A stretch of 63,897 bases of DNA, counting the filler, from Rozella allomycis CSF55 (Eukaryota), in the NCBI GenBank assembly GCA_000442015.1. It is 5 parts of 5 records of this genome, joined end to end, with 100 filler letters (N's around TTAATTAATTAA, not from the genome) between each part and the next. Parts side by side here need not be neighbours in the genome. Positions count along the whole stretch, not along the records: positions 16,229 to 46,492 come from KE561104.1; 4 more parts are not named here. The stretch is one strand, 5' to 3'. Made by a program: the position numbers and the translations under genes. Shown here piece after piece: positions 24,405-35,384 of the stretch. The notes under the pieces were generated by a model. The model saw only the letters and a list, made by a program, of their open reading frames with translations. It had not been told where the DNA came from and did no database searches. Each line of letters opens with the position of its first letter. Position 1 is the stretch's first letter.

Positions 24405-26322
24405 TTATTCATAAAAGCATAGTGGAACTACAGAGGGACGACCATGGGAGCAATGAAAAGGATCGTCGCACATTGTTAAGCATTTAAGCAGTTTTGATGC
24501 TTGTGATTCAGATATTTTAGTTCCAAATTTTATAGCCCCTATTGATTTTCTTATACTTTTTATACCTTTGCAGGACCACTCTTGAGCTATTTGAAAGAGA
24601 ATTTTCGGAATTGGGGAAAACCCACTTTCCTCAATTTCATTCAACAAAGACGATAAAAAGTCGTAACATGAACACTGGAAATCGAATTTGGTCCTCAAGC
24701 AGAAAATTCGTGGCAGAGTAAGTATTTTAATAGTATCCATCCCAATGANCATCAAATTTGGTCCTCAGGCAGAAAATTCGTGGCAGAGTAAGTATTTTAA
24801 TAGTATCCATCCCAATGAATTGTAATTGAACTCCCCATTTTAAAAATAAATGTTGGAACTCCTTTAGTTTATAGAATGATGATATCGAGAATTGCAATAA
24901 CATTTCCTCTCGCATAATCTGAATGGGGATCCCCTGCTCGGGTGAATAGAAACGTGAGGCTTCCTTTAGAATTATTAAATCGGGCGAAAAAGGTAAATAC
25001 TGATCCAAAGTGTTTTCTTTCAGATTGTGGGACTGAAAGAAAGCTTTCTTAATAACTTCTAGTCTGACTCTTTCATGGGATGCGTGCTGATCAAACGCAC
25101 ATAAAAGATCCGATTTGTGTAACTTTACTAAAATTATTTCGTTTTTAACAATGCCTATGATTTTCATATCCGCAAGCATTTGTTTTGAGAAGGCGATTGG
25201 CATGTTGCACCCCTGCAATCTTTTCTGTTTTAAAAGAAAATTGTCCTTTATCCCAATCCCTGTCCATTCCTAGTTACAAGTTTTAAAAAATTAATACGTT
25301 TTTAATTTTTTCCAGCCATGTGATATCTGATTTTGCCTTTTTACTAGTTGAATGACCAATGCATTTGTCATGAGTAGTGTCTACAAACCTTACAAGCTTT
25401 TTAATTTCAGATTCGGAGCCTAATGACTTAAATTTACAATCAATATCCTCATCTTTCTTTGGGGAAAATTCTCCCTCGATGATGGTTACAATCTTTTCTA
25501 AATCATTGTATTTTCCTAAGAGGCTCAACTCATCCTTTAACTTGTTCGCAACGAAATTGATTTTAATTCCTGGGCCATCATAATCAATCCTTATTAAATA
25601 GAAAAAATTGCTCTAGAATTGGTAACCTCATAACGTACATTTGAATTGGCGGCATTCGGTAATATTTCTAGTTTCTTTACAAGTTGGCTGAAAAAATTTC
25701 GGTAATCTTCAATTATCCTTCCATTGAAAACTTTTTTTATAGTTTGAACAAATATTACCGATAATTTTCATATCATCATTAGTTCGCGGTTTACTGGTAC
25801 AACCCCAATGAATACTGCCTTGAAACAAATAATGTTTAAAATTTTTAGACTCGATTTCGGGATTTTCAAAGAACCAATTTAACCTCTCTACTGTGTCGAA
25901 ACGCTGTTTTAAGAAATTGTTACAGTTACCGGAAGAATTTCAAACATGGTATCGCCCGCCAAATATTTTATTCTTAAATACGGATTAGCAAGGGCTGTGT
26001 ATTCCAAAAATCTAATATCTGACAGTGATTCTTTGTAAGACCTTTTCTTAATGAATAAAATCGTCGCCCTTTGATTGTCTGTTTCCTTCAAGTTAATGTA
26101 ATGTAGCAGTTTTATGTTATCATCTAAACTAGAATGAATAATGTGCCCATCTCGCAATTGGACAGTTAATATTTCGTCAGCACTGACTGTTTGGGAACCG
26201 ATTGGAGAAAGTACATCAAAATAAAGAATCAAATAATACAACTCATCTAAATGCTCAACTCTTATTTCACTTGCATTCAAGTCAAGGAAGGTGCAAATAA
26301 TTCCCTTCAGTATTTGAAACAT
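24405..26322 (-). CDS. MLH3: MutL homolog MLH3-like
   Basis: Endonuclease motifs DQHASHERVRLE, SCKGAIKFG (after a 27-nt in-frame intron) and PFHCSHGRPS. N-terminal region highly divergent. Duplication at n 24749. Confidence 0.8.
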
Positions 26323-26468
26323 TTGAAAGTCTCAGACCCTTGCAATTTTGATTTTCAATGATCCAATTAGAGACAAGTCCTTATAACAACAGTCTCATCT
26401 AGGCACGAATAAAACTAATGATATAAATTGACATATTTAGCACAAAATAGTAGTATCATTCAAGGGTT

Positions 26469-27362
26469 TTATTGATATATGATTACAACAATGGCGATCA
26501 GAGCCAGAAAATAATTCATCAAGTTTGAAAACATTATCTTCATTCCTTTATTGCTTTCCTCCGAATTATGGGCATATTTCATTTCTGACGTTAAACCGAG
26601 ACAGTCTTCCAATGATACTAATTCATATCCCTCCTTTCTTAAACGAGAAATCAAAACAGGTAGAGTAGCAATAGTTTCATTATGAATATCATGCATCAAT
26701 ATAAGGGGTGATGCCTTTCCTATATGTGTAATACGTTTTAATGTGTATTCGGTGGTGGACTGTGGGTTCTTAAACTTCCAGTCTCCAGAATCCACATTCC
26801 ATAGTATCATAAAGTAGCCAATGTCATACAATATGTCAACCACTGTGCCATTATATGAACCATACGGAAATCTGAAGAATTTGGTTTTGTATCCTACTCA
26901 TTGATTATGATAAGTATCACCTGTTATGGCTTCTATCGCCTTCTCTGTTTTATAAATGTCGCTCTTTATGTCATCAGATGGTAGGCCAACATAGTTTTGA
27001 TGAGCCCAACTATGACTCGCAATCTCGTGGCCTTCTTTCAATATTCTTGTAACTACATCCGGATATTTCACCGAATTAATACCAAGTACCATAAAAGTTG
27101 CTGTAACATTCAGATCCCTTAACGCATTCAATATCAAAGGAGTGTAAATTCTAAGACTTTAAAACTAAAATTATTACTTATGAGGGCCATCATCGAAAGT
27201 AAGAGAAGCCTTTTTATCCCCGATGCAACCAGAAAACAGGCCTCTTTGATCGGGAGGATAGGGAAGACCCTTCTCAGTTACTTTCTGGTGCTGATTAACA
27301 ATATTTGTTATAAAGTTATCTATGCAATGAGTTAATGAAAGAAACAAACAAACAAGAATCAT
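26469..27362 (-). CDS. CE4 chitin/polysaccharide deacetylase, secreted, likely GPI-anchored
   Basis: Signal peptide, TFDDGP, HSWAH, RFPYG, WNVDSGDW, LMHD and a hydrophobic C-terminal tail. Confidence 0.92.
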
Positions 27363-27438
27363 TAAACCGAAAGCCTATTCCATTGTCAATTTATGAACTT
27401 CAATCACTGTTAATCAAGCTTTTATTTTGAAATATATA

Positions 27439-27789
27439 CTATCCCTCCCTCCATTGATGACCACAAGAACAGCATTTGTAAAATATCGACATTGGTTCAT
27501 CTGCGCTTCGAATTTGAATTTGCATAAAATATGCACGACCATGCTCACATTTTGGGCAAGAAGCATCTGTTGAATCTACATTTTTCCAAGCGTCTGCACC
27601 TCCAAGAACATCATCGACTTGCTTTCTATTAAAATCTAGGCGTGTCGAAAAAGATCGTGTGATTGTGTAAATGTATGGACAAGTCTGACAATAAAATTGG
27701 TTTCTAGCAAGAGAATCCTATATTTTTTCCATTTTAAAAGGTACTGTCTTTATCAGTAAAAGGTTTGCGCAGTTTGGACAAAAAATCAT
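27439..27789 (-). CDS. RPC11: RNA polymerase III subunit C11 (RPC10)
   Basis: MIFCPNCANLL | FYCQTCPY...VDDVLGG...CPKCEH...QIRSADEPMSIFYKCCSCGHQWRE. One intron. Not in the ORF track. Confidence 0.95.
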
Positions 27790-27857
27790 CAATCAAAAAT
27801 GAACAAAAGCCACTTTCAATTTGACTTAAGCGTTTATGTATAAACTTGAATAATATT

Positions 27858-28841
27858 TTATTTTTGACGGAAAGTTCTACCCGAAGCTGTTTTCTTTTCG
27901 GCTACCACCTCTGGCTTGGCTCTGTTGAGGACCTTTAGGAAATCATTAACTTTATTTCTCATTCTTGAATGTAAGTACGCTTTAGAGCACTTAATGTGAT
28001 AATGAAGATAATCACGAAATGTTTGGATCAACTTGATGGTTTCAGTTCGCCTATTGCCTGGAGTGTAATGACGAGGAAATAACACGAAACTCACATAGCC
28101 GATGTTGTCGTCATTTCCTAGGTTTGGAACTCCTTTGAGTTCCAGAGGGGGCTCTTTGCTGTAAAGGACTTGTGGTGTGTTTTGAAGATTCAATTGTTTC
28201 CTAGCGTCTACTCATTCCTCAATCATACTTTAGAAAAGCCTTACTTGCAAAAACACTTTGCCAAGAATAACATCCGTGCTATCTTTAAAAATGGTAGAAA
28301 AAATAACAACAACACGGTCATGGAAAGATTGGATAAAGAATGCCTCGCGGTCTCGATATTCTATTACCATTAGCTCTCCTTGTTTCACGCCAGACTCTTG
28401 GTCTTTAAATGCTTTATCAAATGGGGCAGCCAAACAATTTGATTTCAAAAGTGACACTTTCTTTACGATCTGTTCAATTTCTATTCCTGAATGGGTGCCA
28501 TCGATTACCGTCGCGCGAGACATTTTTCTCAAGGTTAAAACAAAGGGAAAGATCATATCCTGTTTCAGGTTTGTCCATTATAAAGCCTTGGTATTCTTTT
28601 TGAAGGAATTCTTGGGAACCGTATTTTTCTAATTGACAAAAGCCTTTCATAGAAATAGAAACGACTAATTCTGATTTCGAATTTGGGGTTGAGACATGGT
28701 ATATAACTCCATCAAAATCGGCACAACGCAGATCGATGGACTCTTGTTTTTCACTGTTAAGATAGAAATTTCTTCTTACCTCAAAAACTTGGCGGTAAGA
28801 GTCTCTTCCAAGACCTTATTCGAATACTCCAAGAGAATCAT
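27858..28841 (-). CDS. ARPC2: Arp2/3 complex 34-kDa subunit
   Basis: [20 protein letters not shown] and [21 protein letters not shown]. Three introns. Confidence 0.96.
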
Positions 28842-28951
28842 ATTAACCCAACTCTAGTGGCTTGGTGACAATCTTCGCCAAAAATTGACAAAAAGTGAAT
28901 AAATTCATCATTGATGAACTAAAAATGTTTTTAACCTTTGTTTTGACTTGC

Positions 28952-30987
28952 ATGCTTCAAAACAAAGATTTGACAACAGTCGATTCCGGCCTTCAATTTG
29001 CTGAAGTTGTTAATGAACTTCCCAGTGAAATAAAAGAAATGGGCCATGATGAGACTGTGTGTAAATATTGCGGTATTTCTTACTTAATTCACACTGAAGT
29101 AACAAGATTGAAAAGAGAGCTTGCAAAATTAGAAAAGGTTAGAGAAGAAATGCTTGTAAAAAATGAGGTTGAAATTATCACATAGCGATTCGAATTAAAA
29201 AGCAAAGAATTTGACGACAAGATGACTTTCCAACAAGCCATTATACTTAAACAAAACCAAGAGAATTCTATGCTTCATGAAGAATTAAAGCAAATGAGCA
29301 AGGAAATAACTGACAGTCATTCTAAGTTTGAACTGATAAAGTGTAAAAACGTACTAATACCCGATAAATGCAACTACAGGAAAAATTGCGTGAAAAACCA
29401 AACAGAATATGTCAATTAATAAAAGAGAATGTAAAAACCAATAAAAGACACCTACTGGAAGTTCAAAATCTATTAATTCAGCTTCAACGACGCACGAAGG
29501 AAGGGTAATATTGGTGAAAACGTTGATTATAGATTCACCCACTTTCACGAAACCCTAAATAGGGAAATTGAGCACAAAGCAGAACAATCACAAAAATTTA
29601 AAAACATGAAAGAGAAGAACCAAAGTTTAGAAATCGAGCTGAATAATTTGCAAAAAGTCAAAAACAAATTTGAAAGTGAGTTAAATATTTTAATGTCTGA
29701 ATACACATACTCATTAAATGAGCTTAAGATTTGTAAAATGGATAATGATTCCAAGTAATAAGAAAGTCTTTTACACAAAGAAATAAACAGATTTTTGAAT
29801 TAAGAACCAATCTCAAGAATATTGAAACAGAAAGGGACAAGTTGAGGGAAGCAATCATGTTAGAATCAAATAAAAACGCAGAGAATATGAATATAATTGA
29901 AAAAACAAGAAAAAGAATCAAGGTAAACATCAGTTTCACTTGCTTCTGCAGGAATTGACGTTCGAGAAAGAAAATATTGAGTCCATAGCAAAAAATCAAA
30001 TAGAATTTATAGAAAATGAAAATAAAAGTTTAAATGAAAAGATAAATCAAGTAAACGATTGTCGAAAGGAACTTGAACTAAAGCTCGAGAGCATTCAAGA
30101 GAAGTTTGCTGATAAAGATTCTCTACTTAAATCATTTAATGAAAAAATAAAGAAAAAGACAGTAAAGTTTTTATTTTAGATTGTTAGAATGATATAGACA
30201 ATCTCAATGCAGAAAATCAAAGACTTAAAAAGGTAAACTCTGATCTCTTACAAGAAAAGTAAGAAGTATTAGTTTTCATGAGAGAGAAAATTTAATTGCT
30301 GCTCATCAGAACAGGATTTCACAGCTTCAAGATAGCTTCATACAAAAATTGAATGCCAAATGCCTAGATGAAGTGGAACAAAAAACTAATGCTATGAGAA
30401 TTACTATGCTTCAAGAAAAAGAGAATGCTTTAAGAGATCAAAGAGAATATCTGACGCGAAAATTTCAAACGGAAAAGGATCTAACAATTCAGGAGTTCGA
30501 GTCACAAAAGAAGATATTCGAAGAGAGGAATTTAATTGAGGTCCAGAATCTTCAATCCGAAATTCAAAATTTAAACAATAAGTTCATTTTCTCAGAGAAA
30601 AACTTTATTGATGAAAAGGTTCAATGTATGAATATATTTCATTTATAGGAATCGCTTAATAACAAGATAAAAACTCTGGAAGGTGAATTAGAGCGCTTTA
30701 AAATAGATTCCCGTTCAACAATANAAATGGTTTATTTATAGAAATTCCTTAACAACAAGATAAAATCTCTGGAAGGTGAATTAGAGCGCTTTAAAATAGA
30801 TTCCCGTTCCACAATAGCCTCGGAATCCAACAGTTTGCTGGTTGACCATACCATTCAAAAATTAAAACGGCAATTAACTATGAAGGAGCAGGAAATAGAG
30901 ATTTTAAAGCAAACCGTACATCGGGAATGCGAAGAGCGTGTTGAACTCATATCGAAAATTGAATATCTCCAAAGAAATAAAAAGTGA
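28952..30987 (+). CDS. LEKR1: LEKR1-like coiled-coil protein
   Basis: LPSEIKEMGHDETVCKYCGISYLI at the N-terminus and TVHRECEERVEL at the C-terminus, linked by coiled coil across about 8 tiny introns. Confidence 0.75.
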
Positions 30988-31137
30988 TTTAATGCATCTT
31001 AGATGAATTACTCTAATGCGCTATAAAACTGTTTCATTTTCGCTAAACTATATTTGACAGTCCTTAGAACGTGTAGCATGTGATCTTACATTCACTGTCC
31101 TCATTAAGGCAATAACAGGGGTTAAGAAATTGCCTTC

Positions 31138-32435
31138 ATGAAATTAATTGCGCTATTAGTTGATCTTATATTGACATCTCTTCTATTTTCATATCCAGCC
31201 GGCGACTTTGACGCCCCCGACTATTTAGATTTAGTAGAAACGAATTTAGACTTTGAGTGGTATCAAAACATATTCAACATGGGACCTACAAAGTACATAA
31301 ATGTAATTAAATCAAAAAATGTTTGTTTCGATACAAAAGCACATATGCTAGCACATGCACCCGATAAAAAGACGCAACAAAAAATTGTGTATGCCTTTGA
31401 ATCTGTGGGAAAAGGAAGGTTGCACGTGGCTAATCTTCTTTTGAAAAGAGCTGCTTATTTTCCCGAGTACAAAAATTTTGCTTATCAAATACTTAACAGC
31501 TACCGTTGCAATTTAAGAATAAGGCATCCTGAAGATTACGAAATTCAAGTGTTAATAGATTCATTAAGGGGTCAATACGCGTTTGTTTATAAAATGCAGT
31601 TGAGTAGATTACGTAAACGACATCAAGAAGACGCTGTGAGCAGGTCCTTTGAAGTGTTCTTTAAAGATTCATTAAACTGTCAACAAATAAGAAGCACTTT
31701 TTCCAAACTGCAAAAAGCTTTTCAAATCTCTGGTAGTGAAGATGTAGAGAAATATGTTTCATCAACGTTTAGGAAACATGCGACGGAGAGGAATTGCGAT
31801 GTTTCATTCAGCCCCGAAGGTGAAGATATCAAATATTTGTCCAAATTAAGCGACGAAGATATTTTACGTCAGTATCAAAATGANATTCTTTTGAAAAGAG
31901 CTGCTTATTTTCCCGAGTACAATACTTTTGCTTACCAAATTCTTAACAGCTACCGTTGCAATTTAAGGGTAAGGCATCCTGAAGATTACGAAATTCAAGT
32001 GTTAATAGATTCATTAAGGGGTGAATACGCGTTTGTTTATAAAATGCAGTTGAGTAGATTACGTAAACGACAACAAGAAGACGCTGTGAGCAGGTCCTTT
32101 GAAGTGTTCTTTAAAGATTCATTGAACTGTCAGCAAATAAGAAGAACATTTTCCAAACTGCAAAAAGCTTTTCAAATCTCTGGTAGTGAATATGTAGAGA
32201 AATATGTTTCATCAACGTTTAGGAAACATGCGACGGAGAGNAGTTTAGGAAACATGCGACGGAGAAGAATTGCGATGTTTCATTCAGCCCCGAAGTTGAC
32301 GATATCAACTATTTGTCCAAATTAAGCGACGAAGATATTTTACGTCAGTATCATAATGATAGTCAGGGCGCTGACGAGGATTTCAATGAAGTAACTGAAT
32401 TTTTCAAATTGTTGTTTATGATTTGTGACACTTAA
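31138..32435 (+). CDS. Hypothetical secreted protein (assembled as overlapping variant copies)
   Basis: Signal peptide. Near-identical repeats begin exactly at n 31884 and n 32241. Confidence 0.65.
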
Positions 32436-32467
32436 TAGATTGAAATAAATATTTATTGCATATAATG

Positions 32468-33779
32468 TTAGGAAAGTAATGAACGAGGTCCTTGAGAAAA
32501 TATATAGCCCTGGAATAAATCCTTCCAGTGTTGAGTTTCATCGACCGTTTCGAGATGAGCGTTTGCCGCGATCCTATTATTTGAAGTTTCGTTTATGATA
32601 AAATTCAACCTTCTTATGACTTCATTTAGTGTTTCCCTGAGGAACACCTTGTAGTTAACAATTGGATTTAGCTTGATTTCTAGGATTCTCACCTTTATTT
32701 GATAGCATTGAAGCTGTACATAGTACTGAAAGTTTTCAAATATCATTTGATAGACACCATTTCTTTCTAGAAAATTTTCATGTTCCTTTCTTATCTCTTC
32801 GATCTGTATATAGAATATAGAGTCCATGTAATCACCATAGTCATTTATTAAGCTTTGAAAGTCTCTGTCGCTTAATTNCTTCATGTTCCTTTCTTATCTC
32901 CTCGATCTGCATATAGAATATAGAGTCCATATAATCACCATAATCATTTATTAAGCTTTGAAAGTCTCTGTCGCTTAATTTCTCGTTTGGAAATTGATCG
33001 ATGGCCCAGGTTAGGTGTTTTATCAATCCAACAGCCTTAGAACAAAGGCTTTCAAAAAACTCAATTATTTTGTTGTCTACAAACAATTGTTGATCTACGT
33101 TGGTAACAAAGCCCGCAATGAACATATATAATGAGTAAATTAAGGTTTCAGTGGTGGAATGCAGAGCTTCCTTTTTTTCTTCGATGAAATTATTAAAATC
33201 TACAAGAATCATATGCTTCGTTAATTCACTCAGACCATTTATATCCTTCAAACCCTTTTTTACTCTTTCAAATATATCCGATGATTCATAGTTTAAAGAA
33301 TCGCTAAAATCTAATGTAACAGATCCATTCTCCTCAATGAATTTGCTTAGTTTCAGTTTTTTCAGATTAACGTGGTCTACTATGTCCTTGAAGAAATTTT
33401 GAAATCTTCCAATAAGAACACGTCTTAATTCTTCATTTATTTTAATGTCTAAAAGGTACTCGTCTTTAAAAGATAGTAAATCGATTAGAAACATTAACTG
33501 TTGATGGCAAGCAACGTGAAATGCCACCATCTCAGTAGCGACAATTTTCGGAACTACAGTGCGCCCATTATTGAGAGGCAACAATAGCGAAACTGATATG
33601 GCCAAATAATCGTTAGCCATGTCTTTCATTACGTAATATTCTCTGTTGCTAGGATCAGATCTTGGAATACGAGATTTCAAGCTATTGAGCACTTCTACAT
33701 ATTCGGAGAACGGCCATGTAACAGCGCTGAGAGTGTAGCCAGCCAAGGAGACGAAAATTATAAAGATCTTCATATACAT
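32468..33779 (-). CDS. Secreted hypothetical protein, family member 1
   Basis: Signal peptide MKIFIIFVSLAGYTLSA. Ends YIFSQGPRSLLS. Small duplication at n 32878. Confidence 0.75.
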
Positions 33780-33980
33780 GATGTTTCTACTACCCTGGCC
33801 TGAAGTGCGGTACATAAACATATGCCACATTTCAGATGACAGTTTTTGTCAGGTTCCGAATTATGGATTTCGATCATCAAGAACATCTAAATTCAAATTT
33901 AAATTTGTCATATTATTATTTTTTTTTTAATAAGTTAAAATAATTTATTTAATTATTGATTAATCCAAAGTATCTAGAAT

Positions 33981-35276
33981 TTAGTTGTTTATTTTTCGAT
34001 TCATTACTTCGCTAAGAGTTGTTTGAAAGGTAATGACAGTATATCCTGAAATTCCTGATCGTGGGCCCTGAGAAAATATATAATGCTCATAAAGCAAATA
34101 CCAGTAGTAGTCTTCATTTACCCATTCACTGGTATATAAATGATCTTCTAGTCTCGACTCCGCGTCTGAAAGTCTAGAGATTAATGCTTCTATCTTAGTT
34201 TTAAATAATTTAAAGGTTTCATAAAGCCCTTCTCTTGAGTGTATAACAGGATTAGCATGTGACAAGTCTAGGCTTAATTTAGCTCCATAACAACTTATCA
34301 TATTGAATGCTACCAAATTTTCCAGCGCTATTGTTTCAAATATTGGCAAATTGTTGGCAACATGAAGTCCGACAACATATCCATCACAGTTTGGAATCAA
34401 AACTAAATTCATGTATTCATCATATTTTTGCCTTAAAATTTTATAACTATCTTTATATTTGTTTTTAGGTATCTCAATTAATGATTTCATAAAGTAATCC
34501 ATCGACTTCATTACGTTGCCGCTAATTACTTTTTGGGCGTCAAGCATTATCTTATTGAACTTTGAATTATTGTTGGCTACAATTAATGTCGCTTTAACTA
34601 TTTGAGCCCTGATAGAATTGATCAATATTTCGTTTTGCTTTTCAAATTTCTTCTTTTGATTGTCTATAAAGTTTTGGCAGATCTTGAACACTTGAAGTCT
34701 CAAATGTGGTGCTATTTTGAGTTGTAATAGCTCTTTTTTCATCTTGTCATATAATATAAGGTTTTCAAATAAAATCCCTTCTGTAGCGTTGAAAGCAATC
34801 ATTCCCCGCGCCTCAATGAAATCGGCCAACTTGGCTTCTTCCGCCTTTAAAAAATTATGACCTTCTTCGAAAACATTTTTTAGTGCTTCTTCGACTATCT
34901 GCTTAGTCTCCTTGGGAGCTTTTAAGTGTGTTTCTAAATGAGTTTGTAATTCCACAGTGGTAACTGTAAGCGCGATCTGCTGATGGTAGGAAATATAATA
35001 TCCCAAGAGCTCATTTCTTATGCTGGAGTCCAAAACCGCTTTTGCATTACTTCTTGGTAACAACGATGCACTAGAAAGAACGAGGTAGTCATCCGCATAT
35101 TGCATTAACAAATGATATCTATTGGTTTCTACTTTAGGTATCTTTTCTTTTATGGCCATTAAAGCCTTTTCATACACAAAAAAGTGTTTTGGCCAATCTA
35201 TTTCAACCTCTTCTGCATGTAAAAATGGGATACCTAGTAAAACAATAATAAAGACGAATAATCTTAAACTAAACAT
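33981..35276 (-). CDS. Secreted hypothetical protein, family member 2
   Basis: Signal peptide, 431 aa, intronless. Shares A(D/N)DYL..S..LLP, HQQ and YIFSQGPRS with its neighbour. Confidence 0.8.
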   Translation of the reverse strand: MFSLRLFVFIIVLLGIPFLHAEEVEIDWPKHFFVYEKALMAIKEKIPKVETNRYHLLMQYADDYLVLSSASLLPRSNAKAVLDSSIRNELLGYYISYHQQIALTVTTVELQTHLETHLKAPKETKQIVEEALKNVFEEGHNFLKAEEAKLADFIEARGMIAFNATEGILFENLILYDKMKKELLQLKIAPHLRLQVFKICQNFIDNQKKKFEKQNEILINSIRAQIVKATLIVANNNSKFNKIMLDAQKVISGNVMKSMDYFMKSLIEIPKNKYKDSYKILRQKYDEYMNLVLIPNCDGYVVGLHVANNLPIFETIALENLVAFNMISCYGAKLSLDLSHANPVIHSREGLYETFKLFKTKIEALISRLSDAESRLEDHLYTSEWVNEDYYWYLLYEHYIFSQGPRSGISGYTVITFQTTLSEVMNRKINN

Positions 35277-35384
35277 TTAAAGAAGGGGGTGTATCCTCGT
35301 GTTTGAGTATGGCTTTGACATTAATCTGATGGATGTGCCAGATGTCATTCGAGTTAACAACAGGTCATAGTCAAAACTAATTTA

